A stretch of 37,336 nt of DNA from a virus (lineage: Duplodnaviria > Caudoviricetes). This document shows, piece by piece, positions 16,442 to 25,622 of the stretch. Below the pieces are notes generated by a model. The model was not told where the DNA came from and ran no database searches. It was given only the letters and a program-made list of their open reading frames with translations. Within the stretch, counting starts at the first letter, position 1; each line of letters opens with the position of its first letter. The translations under genes and the position numbers were made by a program. The stretch is taken from positions 1 through 37,336 of the IMG/VR virus record IMGVR_UViG_3300005403_000018; one strand, 5' to 3'.

Positions 16442-16670
16442 AGCGAAACTCCCCGCAAACCAAATGATTTATGGCGGGGGAGCTTCTCGATCAATTTAGC
16501 GGCTCGGAGATTTCGCAACTTATTACCGATAGTTTAATTCGTGACACCGCTACACAATGCAGCTGGTTATCAGGTCGATGCGCTTATTCTATTCTCACCA
16601 AGTAGCTAACTTGGATTGGTTGCGAACCAAATATTGAATTTTTACCGCGCCCCTCATTGAACCAACCGCA
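16442..16670 (-). ncRNA. Candidate ~225-nt structured non-coding RNA of unknown class
   Basis: Own promoter and terminator, complementary ends, several hairpins, no SD-led ORF. Confidence 0.55.
16444..16487 (-). terminator. Terminator-like hairpin
   Basis: GAAGCTCCCCCGC...GCGGGGAGTTTC followed by GCTTT. Confidence 0.6.
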
Positions 16671-16675
16671 CACTT

Positions 16676-16704
16676 ATTTTATACACGCAATTTTCAAATG
16701 TCAA
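16676..16704 (-). promoter_or_regulatory. Near-consensus promoter driving the ncRNA candidate
   Basis: TTGACA-17-TAAAAT, with a TTAA-N7-TTAA box directly upstream. Confidence 0.75.
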
Positions 16705-16791
16705 GTTAAATCGCCGTTAAGTTATTATCCATTCCACTATGTATACAATCTTGTTAGGTTATAACCGTCAAATATAACTGTTTTAGGTAAA

Positions 16792-16833
16792 CAAAAACCA
16801 CCCGGAGCCGAAGCGGTCATACAGGTGGTTTTC
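16792..16833 (-). terminator. Terminator at the end of the late/lysis transcript
   Basis: AAAACCACC...GGTGGTTTTTGTTT. Confidence 0.6.
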
Positions 16834-16879
16834 TTTGAGCGGAATCCGCAAACCCATTATACATCTTTTTTGAGTAATA

Positions 16880-17776
16880 TCACTCCTGGGGGAATACAGT
16901 TCCGCTAAATAAGTCGTTTACAGCACTGATTGGAACCGGATTGATAATCTTTGGAGTGCATTCTATTGGACATTGAACGTCTGAATTCCCCGTCCTTTTT
17001 ATGGTCACTAAGCATCCACCTAAAGGTTTAGGAACGCCACCCCTTGTCACTTCCCAGCCGGTTGTACCGTCCCCATAACTTGACATGTATCCCGGTGTTC
17101 TTACGTGATGCTGTGTGTCAAAATATTGCACGCCTTGAATGGATACCCGTTCCCTTGTAATTGGAACCCAAAACGCATTATGAGAATGTCCATTTACTAC
17201 TATGTCTGCGTCTGGAAGATAAACCGCCTGTCTGTTGGTTTGGATTACTCCTCTGGTTACGGGAGCCTCACCGCCCGCGCCGTGAAAATATTTTATCCTT
17301 GTTACTCCCCGGTTGCCTTTTATTTCAAACTTTATGTTAATCCATCCACCGTATGCGCCATGCAAACATCCTAAACCTTTAGTCAGTCTGTCTGATAAAA
17401 AGGTGTTAGCATTTTTCAGTACACTCATTTCATGGTTGCCAGCGGTTACGATCAAGATATTATCTTTATACTTCTTTAGTTTTTCGATAGCATCGTTGAC
17501 TACAAAGTCGTAATAATCAGCCCTTCGGTATTCCGGTCTTAGCATTGACATATCTCTTCGCGGGTCAAACCTTCCATTCATCGCGTCAAAGAAATCTCCA
17601 AATATGCAAACTTTTGCGCCTTGTTTTTCTGCATAATCCATGTGCTGAAAAAACGCTTTTCGATCACAATAAACACTGTCAAAATGTACGTCACTTGTAA
17701 AGAACAATTTCACTTCTGGTTCGTTCACTTCTATTTCAGTTACGACACCTGATTTAACCTTCAAAGTTTCCTCCAT
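16880..17776 (-). CDS. Calcineurin-like metallophosphoesterase
   Basis: SDVH, GDFFD, GNHE, FHG, GHSH motifs; the true start may be TTG at 17764 after GGAGG. Confidence 0.9.
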   Translation of the reverse strand: MEETLKVKSGVVTEIEVNEPEVKLFFTSDVHFDSVYCDRKAFFQHMDYAEKQGAKVCIFGDFFDAMNGRFDPRRDMSMLRPEYRRADYYDFVVNDAIEKLKKYKDNILIVTAGNHEMSVLKNANTFLSDRLTKGLGCLHGAYGGWINIKFEIKGNRGVTRIKYFHGAGGEAPVTRGVIQTNRQAVYLPDADIVVNGHSHNAFWVPITRERVSIQGVQYFDTQHHVRTPGYMSSYGDGTTGWEVTRGGVPKPLGGCLVTIKRTGNSDVQCPIECTPKIINPVPISAVNDLFSGTVFPQE

Positions 17777-17822
17777 TCAAAAAAGTAGCCGACTTACATC
17801 GGCTATCTGATTTCATTATACG

Positions 17823-18095
17823 TTATTTTACGAGTATTGACATTTGATTTATATTACTCGCTAATGCGGGTAATACATCCTTCAGCAACCATAACAGTAT
17901 TCCAACGATTACCGAGATTGAAGCGCCTATTAGATAATTAGAAGCCTTGTCGCGGCGCGCTAAAGAATCCTCAATCCTGGTTAACCTTGTCTTTGCGCCG
18001 TCCTGACCGTTTGGGGTGACTCCGTTTATAAAGTTTTCATGTTCGCATAATTGTCTTTTTTCGGCTGCTGTAATCGTTGCCATGTTTACCCTCAC
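17823..18095 (-). CDS. Single-TM lysis-module membrane protein
   Basis: One C-terminal hydrophobic helix; directly after the endolysin. Confidence 0.65.
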   Translation of the reverse strand: MRVNMATITAAEKRQLCEHENFINGVTPNGQDGAKTRLTRIEDSLARRDKASNYLIGASISVIVGILLWLLKDVLPALASNINQMSILVK

Positions 18096-19081
18096 TTTAG
18101 ATATTGTGTGCTGATGTATAGTTCTTGACCGTGCAACTTTCCCCAGCCATTAGAGATATTTGATACATTCACTTTTGCGCCACGAAGTAACCGACCCCTT
18201 ACGGGTGAGTTAGTCGTGGGTTGCTCTCGGATGTTCAACCAGGATAAAACACCAACTTCAACGGTGTAAGTCTTATAAACAGGCTGCGGGATTACTATGA
18301 CTTCATCATCTGGAGTATCAATAGTTGTACTAAACATACTTTCGTATTGCGCATTTGTACCAATCCAACCATTCAGGTCAAGGAATGAGTATTGCATCCC
18401 CATAGAGATACCGTCCGGCGTGCCGTTATCGTCCACGTCACCATCTGAAGCGTATTGCCAGATTAGAACAGATCCAGTCCAGCCATTGCTTGCCGCTCTT
18501 TGGATAACGTAGTCTGAAGAAACATTAGCCGTTCTATACGGATAAAACGCAACCCATAACAGGCGATTTCTAAACCACTGGTAGAACCATGTCAACCAGC
18601 CCAAAGAGGTGTAAATCCCTGCTGTTACTTTTAGTTCATCCATGCGCTCCAAAAACGCGCGGTTTATCTTTTGAGCGTGTTCTTTTGCCAACGGTTCGGT
18701 AAGTTTTGGGAAGGTAGAATTGGTCATGTTTTCAACGTCAAGGAACATGAGATTTATGCCGTATTTTTTCATCTGGGAGTAGCATAAGTCAGCTTGTTTT
18801 CTACCCCAAGCCTCATCTGTTAGACCGTAAGCGGAATGGTTTTTGTTGAACCAGTTTGAGTAGTAATCAGAATACCAATAAACAAATATATCAAGGTCGG
18901 TCTTTTGCGCCCCCTCTATATTTTGGATAAACTTTACGTCAATGTTTGCTCCATAACCAACTCGGATAGAAACAAAGTCGCTCGCAACTTTTGACCAATC
19001 AATTACGCCATTGAACTCGCTTACATCGATCCCGTTTATTGAAAAGTCTGAAAATTTTATACCCATGTTACTCCTAGTCAA
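18092..19081 (-). CDS. Endolysin: GH25 muramidase plus C-terminal SH3b domain
   Basis: GIDVSEFNG, LDVE, LWVAFY, WQYAS, DLN; LNIREQPTTNS...NGWGK. Confidence 0.92.
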   Translation of the reverse strand: MTRSNMGIKFSDFSINGIDVSEFNGVIDWSKVASDFVSIRVGYGANIDVKFIQNIEGAQKTDLDIFVYWYSDYYSNWFNKNHSAYGLTDEAWGRKQADLCYSQMKKYGINLMFLDVENMTNSTFPKLTEPLAKEHAQKINRAFLERMDELKVTAGIYTSLGWLTWFYQWFRNRLLWVAFYPYRTANVSSDYVIQRAASNGWTGSVLIWQYASDGDVDDNGTPDGISMGMQYSFLDLNGWIGTNAQYESMFSTTIDTPDDEVIVIPQPVYKTYTVEVGVLSWLNIREQPTTNSPVRGRLLRGAKVNVSNISNGWGKLHGQELYISTQYLK

Positions 19082-19691
19082 AGAATATGGGAACGCCGCC
19101 CGCTGGTATATAGTTTACAACAATATACGGCCTGTCAGTTGAAGTTACCGTGTCAGAAGCATAATATAAATATTGGTCTGCATTTTCGGTATCAACTTTT
19201 AATAAAAATGTCGGAGTTGTCCAAGTGCCATTTACAATCGCCAGAATTGCATTAGCGTTTAGCGGTATCTCTATCCATGTACCAGGTGCCACGCTTGCGC
19301 CTACCGATACATCACCAATACTTGTTTGCTCACAATCATCAGCATGAAAACCGCCAGCCGTTGCCCAGTTAGAACCTGTTTTCCAAATGTTCCAAGTCGC
19401 CTGAGATATTACAACGTCTCGTTTACTTCGATATGCGCTTAAAGTTCTTGCGTTTGATGACCTGTCCTCTTTTACTTTTATGAATATTGAAGCGCTTGTA
19501 ACAATAGAACTAGGTGGTATAGTACCGTTACTCAATCCTGGAAACTGGTATAAACCCCTTGATAGTGCGGCGGCTACATCTGATTCACCAATATAAACTT
19601 CAGTCCCCGTACTAAAATTAGTAGTGGCGGCGTTTTGCGATATTCTAGTATCAAGAGTAGTCCCGTCCTGTGGACTGGTATAAGTAGCCAT
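19074..19691 (-). CDS. DNRLRE/CBM96-like tail-associated protein
   Basis: DTRI....TTNF, RGL, ATWN...W...GG, RPYIVV.Y pattern. Confidence 0.65.
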   Translation of the reverse strand: MATYTSPQDGTTLDTRISQNAATTNFSTGTEVYIGESDVAAALSRGLYQFPGLSNGTIPPSSIVTSASIFIKVKEDRSSNARTLSAYRSKRDVVISQATWNIWKTGSNWATAGGFHADDCEQTSIGDVSVGASVAPGTWIEIPLNANAILAIVNGTWTTPTFLLKVDTENADQYLYYASDTVTSTDRPYIVVNYIPAGGVPIFFD

Positions 19692-20332
19692 TAGCTCACC
19701 GTGTACCTTACTAATACGTCAGTCAAATAAGCGTCAACGTCAAGGGTATCATCGGTTGCATGGTCAGCATCCCTGTAAGCACGTAATACGATCTTTTGAC
19801 CGCCAACCGGCGTTCCCGCTAATGTGATAGCCGCCGTTTCTGGACCTATGTAAATGTCCCTGGTTGTTCCACCGGTATCACTTACTAAAACAGCCGTTCC
19901 AAATGCCTGATCTAAAGCGTCATCGTTGGCATAAGCTCTACCTTTGAAGCCCCACACTACCCCAAAGTTAGTTACAGCCGCCGGGTGTATCCAGTAAGGC
20001 GTGCAATAGATTACCCCGCCGTCCCAATTAGGCGGCATCGGGAAACTTATTTCTGCGTTTTCGTCAGTCGTTTTGTCAAACGCCATGTATTCAATCGCCT
20101 GTTTGTTAGTCCCCATTTCTAGGGTTGTCAAAGCAGCACACCCCGCCGTTGTGGTAGGATGGAACGCCTTGATAGGGATTGAGATATACCTAGTCTGTGG
20201 GTTTACGAAGTCCCTCACGGTTTCGGCTGTTATCTTCTTGGTAACCGGCGTTGAACTTGGTGCATTGACCATTACAAATAAATCATCTGCTGTTAGTGCT
20301 GTCATTTCGTCGTACGCTGATATTTTTGCCAT
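19691..20332 (-). CDS. Tail fibre / receptor-binding-type protein
   Basis: N-terminal MAKISAY...DDLF...TKKIT fibre-anchor-like segment; position after the tail tip. Confidence 0.6.
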   Translation of the reverse strand: MAKISAYDEMTALTADDLFVMVNAPSSTPVTKKITAETVRDFVNPQTRYISIPIKAFHPTTTAGCAALTTLEMGTNKQAIEYMAFDKTTDENAEISFPMPPNWDGGVIYCTPYWIHPAAVTNFGVVWGFKGRAYANDDALDQAFGTAVLVSDTGGTTRDIYIGPETAAITLAGTPVGGQKIVLRAYRDADHATDDTLDVDAYLTDVLVRYTVS

Positions 20333-20342
20333 TGTGTCCCTC

Positions 20343-22634
20343 TTATGGTATTCTACAAATTGGTGAACCGGATGGAGTACCTATAACACCATGAACATTG
20401 TCTATAACTTTGTCAGACGAAGTCATGGTTAAATCTGTGTAGTGTGCTATTTCTGATGTTTTGATATATGGCGATTCCAATACCAAGCCCCTAGTTATCT
20501 TTGTTCCTGCGTAATCTAGCGCAATTTCATCAGCTGTTAATTCAACATCATAAATCTTAACATTTGAAATAATTCCATCAAATGACTGATAATATGTTAC
20601 GTCATCGTAAAGTGAAGCGCCTCCAAATGTCAAAGTATTTCCGATGTCTAATGTGCCCACACCGATATTAGCCAATATGTTTTTAACTGTGACTATTGCG
20701 CTTCCGTCTTTGTACCAAACTCCTGAATAAGCAGTCGTGCTGTTTAGATTAGAGCACGAAATAGCAAACCTAATCTCTGTGCTTAATGAAATAGAATTAT
20801 TTGGAGAATAGTAAATTGTATTGTAATCTGTAATTGCGTCTCTAAATATAACTCTTGAATTAATGTAGTCTGCCCAAATCTGCCATCCGGAAACATTAAC
20901 ACTGTCTAAGGAAGATAGTTTGCATATTATATTATTAAGCTGGCTGTCCAATAAGCTTGCCACGTTTATAGTAAAAATAATAGTAATTGTATCTGGATTG
21001 GTAATTGACGGAAAATTACTTCCATAATCAAGCGCAATTCCATTACCGCCAGCAAACTCAATATTCACGGGCGTTAAATTACTTGACTGCTCTGTAAACG
21101 CCTCTTTTATCAACCATGAAAAGTCAATGATATTCCCACTTGATACAGTCCATGATATTCCTTGCACATAAAAGTCGCTATCCAATCCGGTTACTGAATT
21201 TTCAATGTGTACCAAATCCCCTATGTCAACCGTAAGGAATGAGTACATATTCGCGGCGTTTTTATTGGCTTTCATGTTAATCTTGTTGTATCGGTTTCGC
21301 GGGTCTTTTTCAAGGAATAGAATCTTATTCGCTTCCATAGTCCCTTGTTCAACGTCAGTTTGATACAACTGGTTTATGACAAGTTCCTTGACCCCGTATG
21401 CTGTTTGTGAGGGTATATCTTCAACTTCAACCGATAACGTATCACCCATGTACACACCATAGCCCCTTGCCTGTAAGAGCGTGACGTAGCCGGTATAAAC
21501 TGAATTATTAACTAGTGTGTCGGTAAACTTGTCGGCTTCATAAACCCTTGTCACTGTCAAATCAGCCGTCAAATCAGTGCCAGTGCCATTCCGTAGCCTA
21601 TTCATCAAATAGTCGGTTGTGGCTACCGGATCTTCCATGAGTGAATCGTATACCGTGATTTTTTCCTCAGTACCTGGTTTTGTGTAGTTACCTACAATCG
21701 TTTTAGTTTGACCTGGCGCGATTTTCAACGGTTTACCCAAACTGTATAAAACTTGCACGCTATCATCACTAGACTTTGGATACGCCGTGACCTTGACTTT
21801 ATTCAGGATGTTCGCCCCCCGATCACGCTCCATTGATTCGAAGTTAGTTCCATTCAGGGTAACATCTTCCTGTACCTCAGCACCAATTGGATTACCTTCT
21901 TCATCCAAAATATTCTCACCAGTTTCGTCTTGAATATATCCGGCCGTCGCTATATCTTGTGGACGCGTCTTTAACTCCCGTAATCCGTTCCTTGCGTTCG
22001 CATTTTCAAACCGTAGAATCTCACCATCATGCCAGTGGTTTTGAGTGTAGATGTATCCACCCTCTGAAAGTGCGATTTTATTGGCTTCAGTAGCCCCTTT
22101 AGTCGTGGGTAATACTGTGTCAAACACGGCTTCAAATTCATTCGTACCCACGTCATAATTAATCGCTAAAGGTTGTTCGGTTATTCCGGCTACAATCAAT
22201 GTGAGCGCTTCGTCACCTGTCTTGTTTACCTGAATTTCTACGTTTTTCATCGGGTAGTTATATAAGTTTCTTAACCATCCCAAAGTTGTAACCTTTATAA
22301 ATCCAATGTTTTCTGTAATGTCATCCGGTTGCATATTAACGATAGCGCCGTAGAATCTCTTGTACTGTTTTTCCTCACACGTAAATCTAACTTCAATCTT
22401 TGTTCCAATATCCCAGCCAGCCGTAGCCGTGACTAATTCCGGATCGTATTCACCGTCAGAATTATTCACCCAAAATGTAAACGTCCCGGTATCTGCTAGA
22501 ACATCATCATATCTATTCGATGAAAACCCACGCTTGCACGTAGGCGCGGCGGTTGATAATTCCGTTAACACGTCACTTGTTATGTCTGTCCACACACTTT
22601 CTAATTCTGCCATGACTTGCATTGTCGCGTCCAA
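20343..22634 (-). CDS. Tail tip/hub protein with C-terminal LamG-like domain
   Basis: 763 aa after the tape measure; FDGIISNVKIYDVELTADEI LamG-like ending. Confidence 0.75.
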   Translation of the reverse strand: MDATMQVMAELESVWTDITSDVLTELSTAAPTCKRGFSSNRYDDVLADTGTFTFWVNNSDGEYDPELVTATAGWDIGTKIEVRFTCEEKQYKRFYGAIVNMQPDDITENIGFIKVTTLGWLRNLYNYPMKNVEIQVNKTGDEALTLIVAGITEQPLAINYDVGTNEFEAVFDTVLPTTKGATEANKIALSEGGYIYTQNHWHDGEILRFENANARNGLRELKTRPQDIATAGYIQDETGENILDEEGNPIGAEVQEDVTLNGTNFESMERDRGANILNKVKVTAYPKSSDDSVQVLYSLGKPLKIAPGQTKTIVGNYTKPGTEEKITVYDSLMEDPVATTDYLMNRLRNGTGTDLTADLTVTRVYEADKFTDTLVNNSVYTGYVTLLQARGYGVYMGDTLSVEVEDIPSQTAYGVKELVINQLYQTDVEQGTMEANKILFLEKDPRNRYNKINMKANKNAANMYSFLTVDIGDLVHIENSVTGLDSDFYVQGISWTVSSGNIIDFSWLIKEAFTEQSSNLTPVNIEFAGGNGIALDYGSNFPSITNPDTITIIFTINVASLLDSQLNNIICKLSSLDSVNVSGWQIWADYINSRVIFRDAITDYNTIYYSPNNSISLSTEIRFAISCSNLNSTTAYSGVWYKDGSAIVTVKNILANIGVGTLDIGNTLTFGGASLYDDVTYYQSFDGIISNVKIYDVELTADEIALDYAGTKITRGLVLESPYIKTSEIAHYTDLTMTSSDKVIDNVHGVIGTPSGSPICRIP

Positions 22635-22637
22635 ATA

Positions 22638-24215
22638 TTACCTCCCTGTTTTTACTAAGTAGTCTGTTAGAACACGTGCATTCTCGTAAGGATCGTATGC
22701 CATTTGTCTTACTGCTTTGATTAGTTTGTCATCCCCACCCGGTCTTTGCACCGTGATTTTCTCACCCGCGCTCGCGGTTGCAACTCCACCCATGTTGAAC
22801 CCCTCGTATCCAGCCCAACCAGGAACGGTAAACGAACCTCCGGTAGCCATTTTCTCTTGAACACCCGTTCCTTGCGCACCACCGATAACATTACCACTAC
22901 CAGTTGTTACTGGGCCTGAAGATTGCCCGCCATTGGATTGGCCTGCGTATACCGTGGTGATTGTTATGTTTTTCCATGAGGGAATTCCATTTATAGCGTT
23001 TTTCAACCTGCTCGCTTGGTCTATCGCCCTTTGCATTTCGTCAACGGCTTTTTGAGAATAAATACCCCATTCAACGCCCTTTGCAAGCAGGAATTCAACT
23101 TCTTGTTGTGTCAACCCATCAGCCGCTAATAGTTGTTCGGTGTAACCTAAAATTATCTTGCGGGTAGCAAGTTCGTGAGCGGCTTCAACTTCTTTGATAG
23201 CCGCTATCCTTTCGTCGTCCGTTTTGTATTCGGTTTCGGCTATGTTCTTTAGTGATGTTTCGTAATTTTCATTAGCACTTTGCATCCCGTCTGTAATAGC
23301 CAACATATCCTTGCTTGTTTGGTTCATTATTGCTAATTGTTCTTCAGCCGATGCAGTAGAACTACCAACATCTTCCATAATACTTCTATGTTCAATCGCA
23401 ATTCTGTTATACTCTTCCATGACCTTAACGGCGTATTCTTCTTTTGTTGTATAGCCTCCCACCATAATATCTAAACCTTGTATTGCTCCCTCTAGCATCC
23501 AAAATGCGGCGGTAATTAGTTTTGTTATTGTCTCTGATTCGTCAATAACTTCAAGAAAATCAGCCCAACGAACATTTAACTTTGTTAACGCCGGCATAGT
23601 ACCCTGTGCAACAGAATAATTTAATGCGTCCTGTGCATCTTTTACGGCATCTATCGACCGCTTGTATTCAAACGTTGATTTTACTATTGCATCCGTGACA
23701 ACTAAACTGTCGGCAATCGCTTCCATGTTCTTAGTGATACCAGCTGAACCCTGTTCTAACAGTTTACCCATTGCCAACCCAGAACGCCCGAAGTTGTCAT
23801 TCAATAATTTAGCGCGTTCTTGTGGAGTTGCTAAGGCGTTATATTCGTCTGCCAGCGCCTTGATACCGGCAACCGACATATCAAGACCTTTTTTAGCACC
23901 GATTGACATTGCATTATTTAACGCTTCTTGGCTTAGGAAAGCATCATCTGCAACCTGTACAAGCCGTGACATTTGGTCAACTTGATCGCCAGTAAACCTT
24001 GCCATGTCCACGATAGACGTGACGTATTTGTCATTATTCTCAATCGCTTGTTTTGTGTACTGGATAACCTCTTGCATCGCCTTACCCGCTAAAGCGATAC
24101 CACCGGCTGCCCCTAAAGAGAATCCGGTCAAGGACTTAAAGGACGCGTTCAACTTGTTCATTGAACCGCTTGCGTTATCAGTTGCCTTTAGGATAATTTC
24201 TACTGTGTTAGCCAT
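22638..24215 (-). CDS. Tape measure protein
   Basis: MANTVEIILKATDNAS start, Ala-rich helical, FGRSG motif, follows the chaperone pair. Confidence 0.85.
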   Translation of the reverse strand: MANTVEIILKATDNASGSMNKLNASFKSLTGFSLGAAGGIALAGKAMQEVIQYTKQAIENNDKYVTSIVDMARFTGDQVDQMSRLVQVADDAFLSQEALNNAMSIGAKKGLDMSVAGIKALADEYNALATPQERAKLLNDNFGRSGLAMGKLLEQGSAGITKNMEAIADSLVVTDAIVKSTFEYKRSIDAVKDAQDALNYSVAQGTMPALTKLNVRWADFLEVIDESETITKLITAAFWMLEGAIQGLDIMVGGYTTKEEYAVKVMEEYNRIAIEHRSIMEDVGSSTASAEEQLAIMNQTSKDMLAITDGMQSANENYETSLKNIAETEYKTDDERIAAIKEVEAAHELATRKIILGYTEQLLAADGLTQQEVEFLLAKGVEWGIYSQKAVDEMQRAIDQASRLKNAINGIPSWKNITITTVYAGQSNGGQSSGPVTTGSGNVIGGAQGTGVQEKMATGGSFTVPGWAGYEGFNMGGVATASAGEKITVQRPGGDDKLIKAVRQMAYDPYENARVLTDYLVKTGR

Positions 24216-24479
24216 TATTCACCAAGTTTTCAGCGAACTCTAATAGTTGTAAGGCGTATTGATTTTCAGAAGCGAAAGCCGCCGCATTAGTGGCGTTTTT
24301 TCTGGCGTTATACATTCTGATAACCTTTTCTGACCATTCAATTCTGTTTACCTCATAGGCATATAACTGCCTACCTAATACCGCTTGTACACCGAACCTG
24401 TCCAACCTTGACGCGAGTTCTATTTCTTTTGGTATATTACCTTCGCCGCTCACCCATTTAAAGGCGTCGGCGATTACCC
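24208..24479 (-). CDS. Tail assembly chaperone, -1 frameshift extension (gpT-like part)
   Basis: Open in the -1 frame from the slippery site through to the stop at 24208. Confidence 0.75.
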
Positions 24480-24866
24480 GTTTGGGACTTCGTCTGCCTC
24501 TTTGTATAATTTAGTAATCTCGGTCATCAGCCAGTTCATCAATTCAAGCCTTGATTGTCTCGGAGTAGCCGGAAAGTTTTCGGGATCGAAGTCTTTTAAA
24601 TTCCATTCCAAAACACATTCCTTTATTCCTGGCAAAACCTCGTTAGCGTATTTCACGCTATTTGAGATATTCAGGTATTCAAGATGTTCTGGTAATAACT
24701 TAGTCGTATCAATACTTCCATCTTCTTTTAGTTCAAATTCAACCTCTGGAAGTAAGGCGCGTGCCTTTTCAAGAGCATCTTCCCACGCCATAGCCTGCGG
24801 AATAGTCAAATATTCAGGTAGTGTGATCGTACCTGGCCATCGTTTTACGGGTGATTCTATTTTCAT
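24474..24866 (-). CDS. Tail assembly chaperone (gpG-like)
   Basis: Between tail tube and tape measure; ends GTC CCA AAC GGG TAA. Confidence 0.8.
   Translation of the reverse strand: MKIESPVKRWPGTITLPEYLTIPQAMAWEDALEKARALLPEVEFELKEDGSIDTTKLLPEHLEYLNISNSVKYANEVLPGIKECVLEWNLKDFDPENFPATPRQSRLELMNWLMTEITKLYKEADEVPNG
24480..24486 (-). other. Programmed -1 frameshift slippery heptamer C-CCA-AAC
   Basis: XXXYYYZ in the correct phase; downstream TCGCCG...CGGCGA stem-loop. Confidence 0.75.
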
Positions 24867-24937
24867 GTCATCTCTCCAGTTTTGAGAGCGGGCGTTTCAA
24901 GAGCCGGAGAGTAGCCCTATCCGCGCCCGCAAACTCA

Positions 24938-25607
24938 CTATGCATGGTTCGTAGTAGCCCATCCTGGTGCAGTTGGGCCAAAGACGTTGAATGTCGCGGT
25001 AATCTCTGTGTCAGTGGCGGTCATATCTTTTAGAACATAACCGCTCGTGGCTGAAGATGAAATACCGAAACAGGGTTCGCCCGTCACTTGTGGGGATTGT
25101 CGAATACCTACCCTAATATCAAGAGATAATGGGGTATTCCTATTCAACGCAATCAGGTGAGCGAATACAACCGTATCCCATTGGAAGGTAATCGTTAGCG
25201 GCGCTTCCGGCCTCCCAATTACTACATTCATTGCGCCGTCGTTATATGCGGTTACGTCTTGTTCTGCATACGTCAAACCGAAAGTATTCACGCTTTTTGT
25301 ATAAGCCGTGAGATCGGTCAACGTGCCTGACGAATTGTCAAGCCAGAACTCTACATGTTTGGCGTTTGTTCTCGATTTTGTTATCCCTTTCGGGAGCGGG
25401 TCATTTCTGCCGCGCTCTGCAAGTTGTTATTCCTTGCAGTCCAGACTATGCCTTTATCCTTTCGGATATTCCGTTTCTAGTCGTTGCACCTTCCCTTTGT
25501 GGGCTTGGCTCACTCTCTGCATTTCAGCCTTTAAGTGAATTTACGGAATGTTTCAATCACAATTTCTTGTGAAGGGGGCTATTTTGTTAACCCGTTTGTG
25601 CTGCCAT
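24938..25607 (-). CDS. Probable major tail (tube) protein, intron-split: exon 1 25607..25590, exon 2 25372..24938 (150 aa spliced)
   Basis: SD AAGGAG + ATG; splicing gives in-frame MAAQTG|RTNAKHVEFWLDNSSGTLTDLTAY; directly upstream of the chaperone. Confidence 0.8.
25373..25589 (-). ncRNA. Group I self-splicing intron, 217 nt, no internal ORF
   Basis: P1 GGGU|UA..UAGCCC with U.G at the splice site, P2 UCACAA-GAAA-UUGUGA, P3 AUUCCGU/ACGGAAU, P4 UCACU/AGUGA, P7 GACUA/UAGUC, P8 AUCC-GAAA-GGAU, P9 stems, terminal G. Confidence 0.92.
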
Positions 25608-25622
25608 AATTTACTCCTTTTA

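Noticed and set aside
16321-16518. 65-aa minus ORF in the non-coding region
   Set aside because: Non-ATG start without SD, and it runs through a terminator hairpin.
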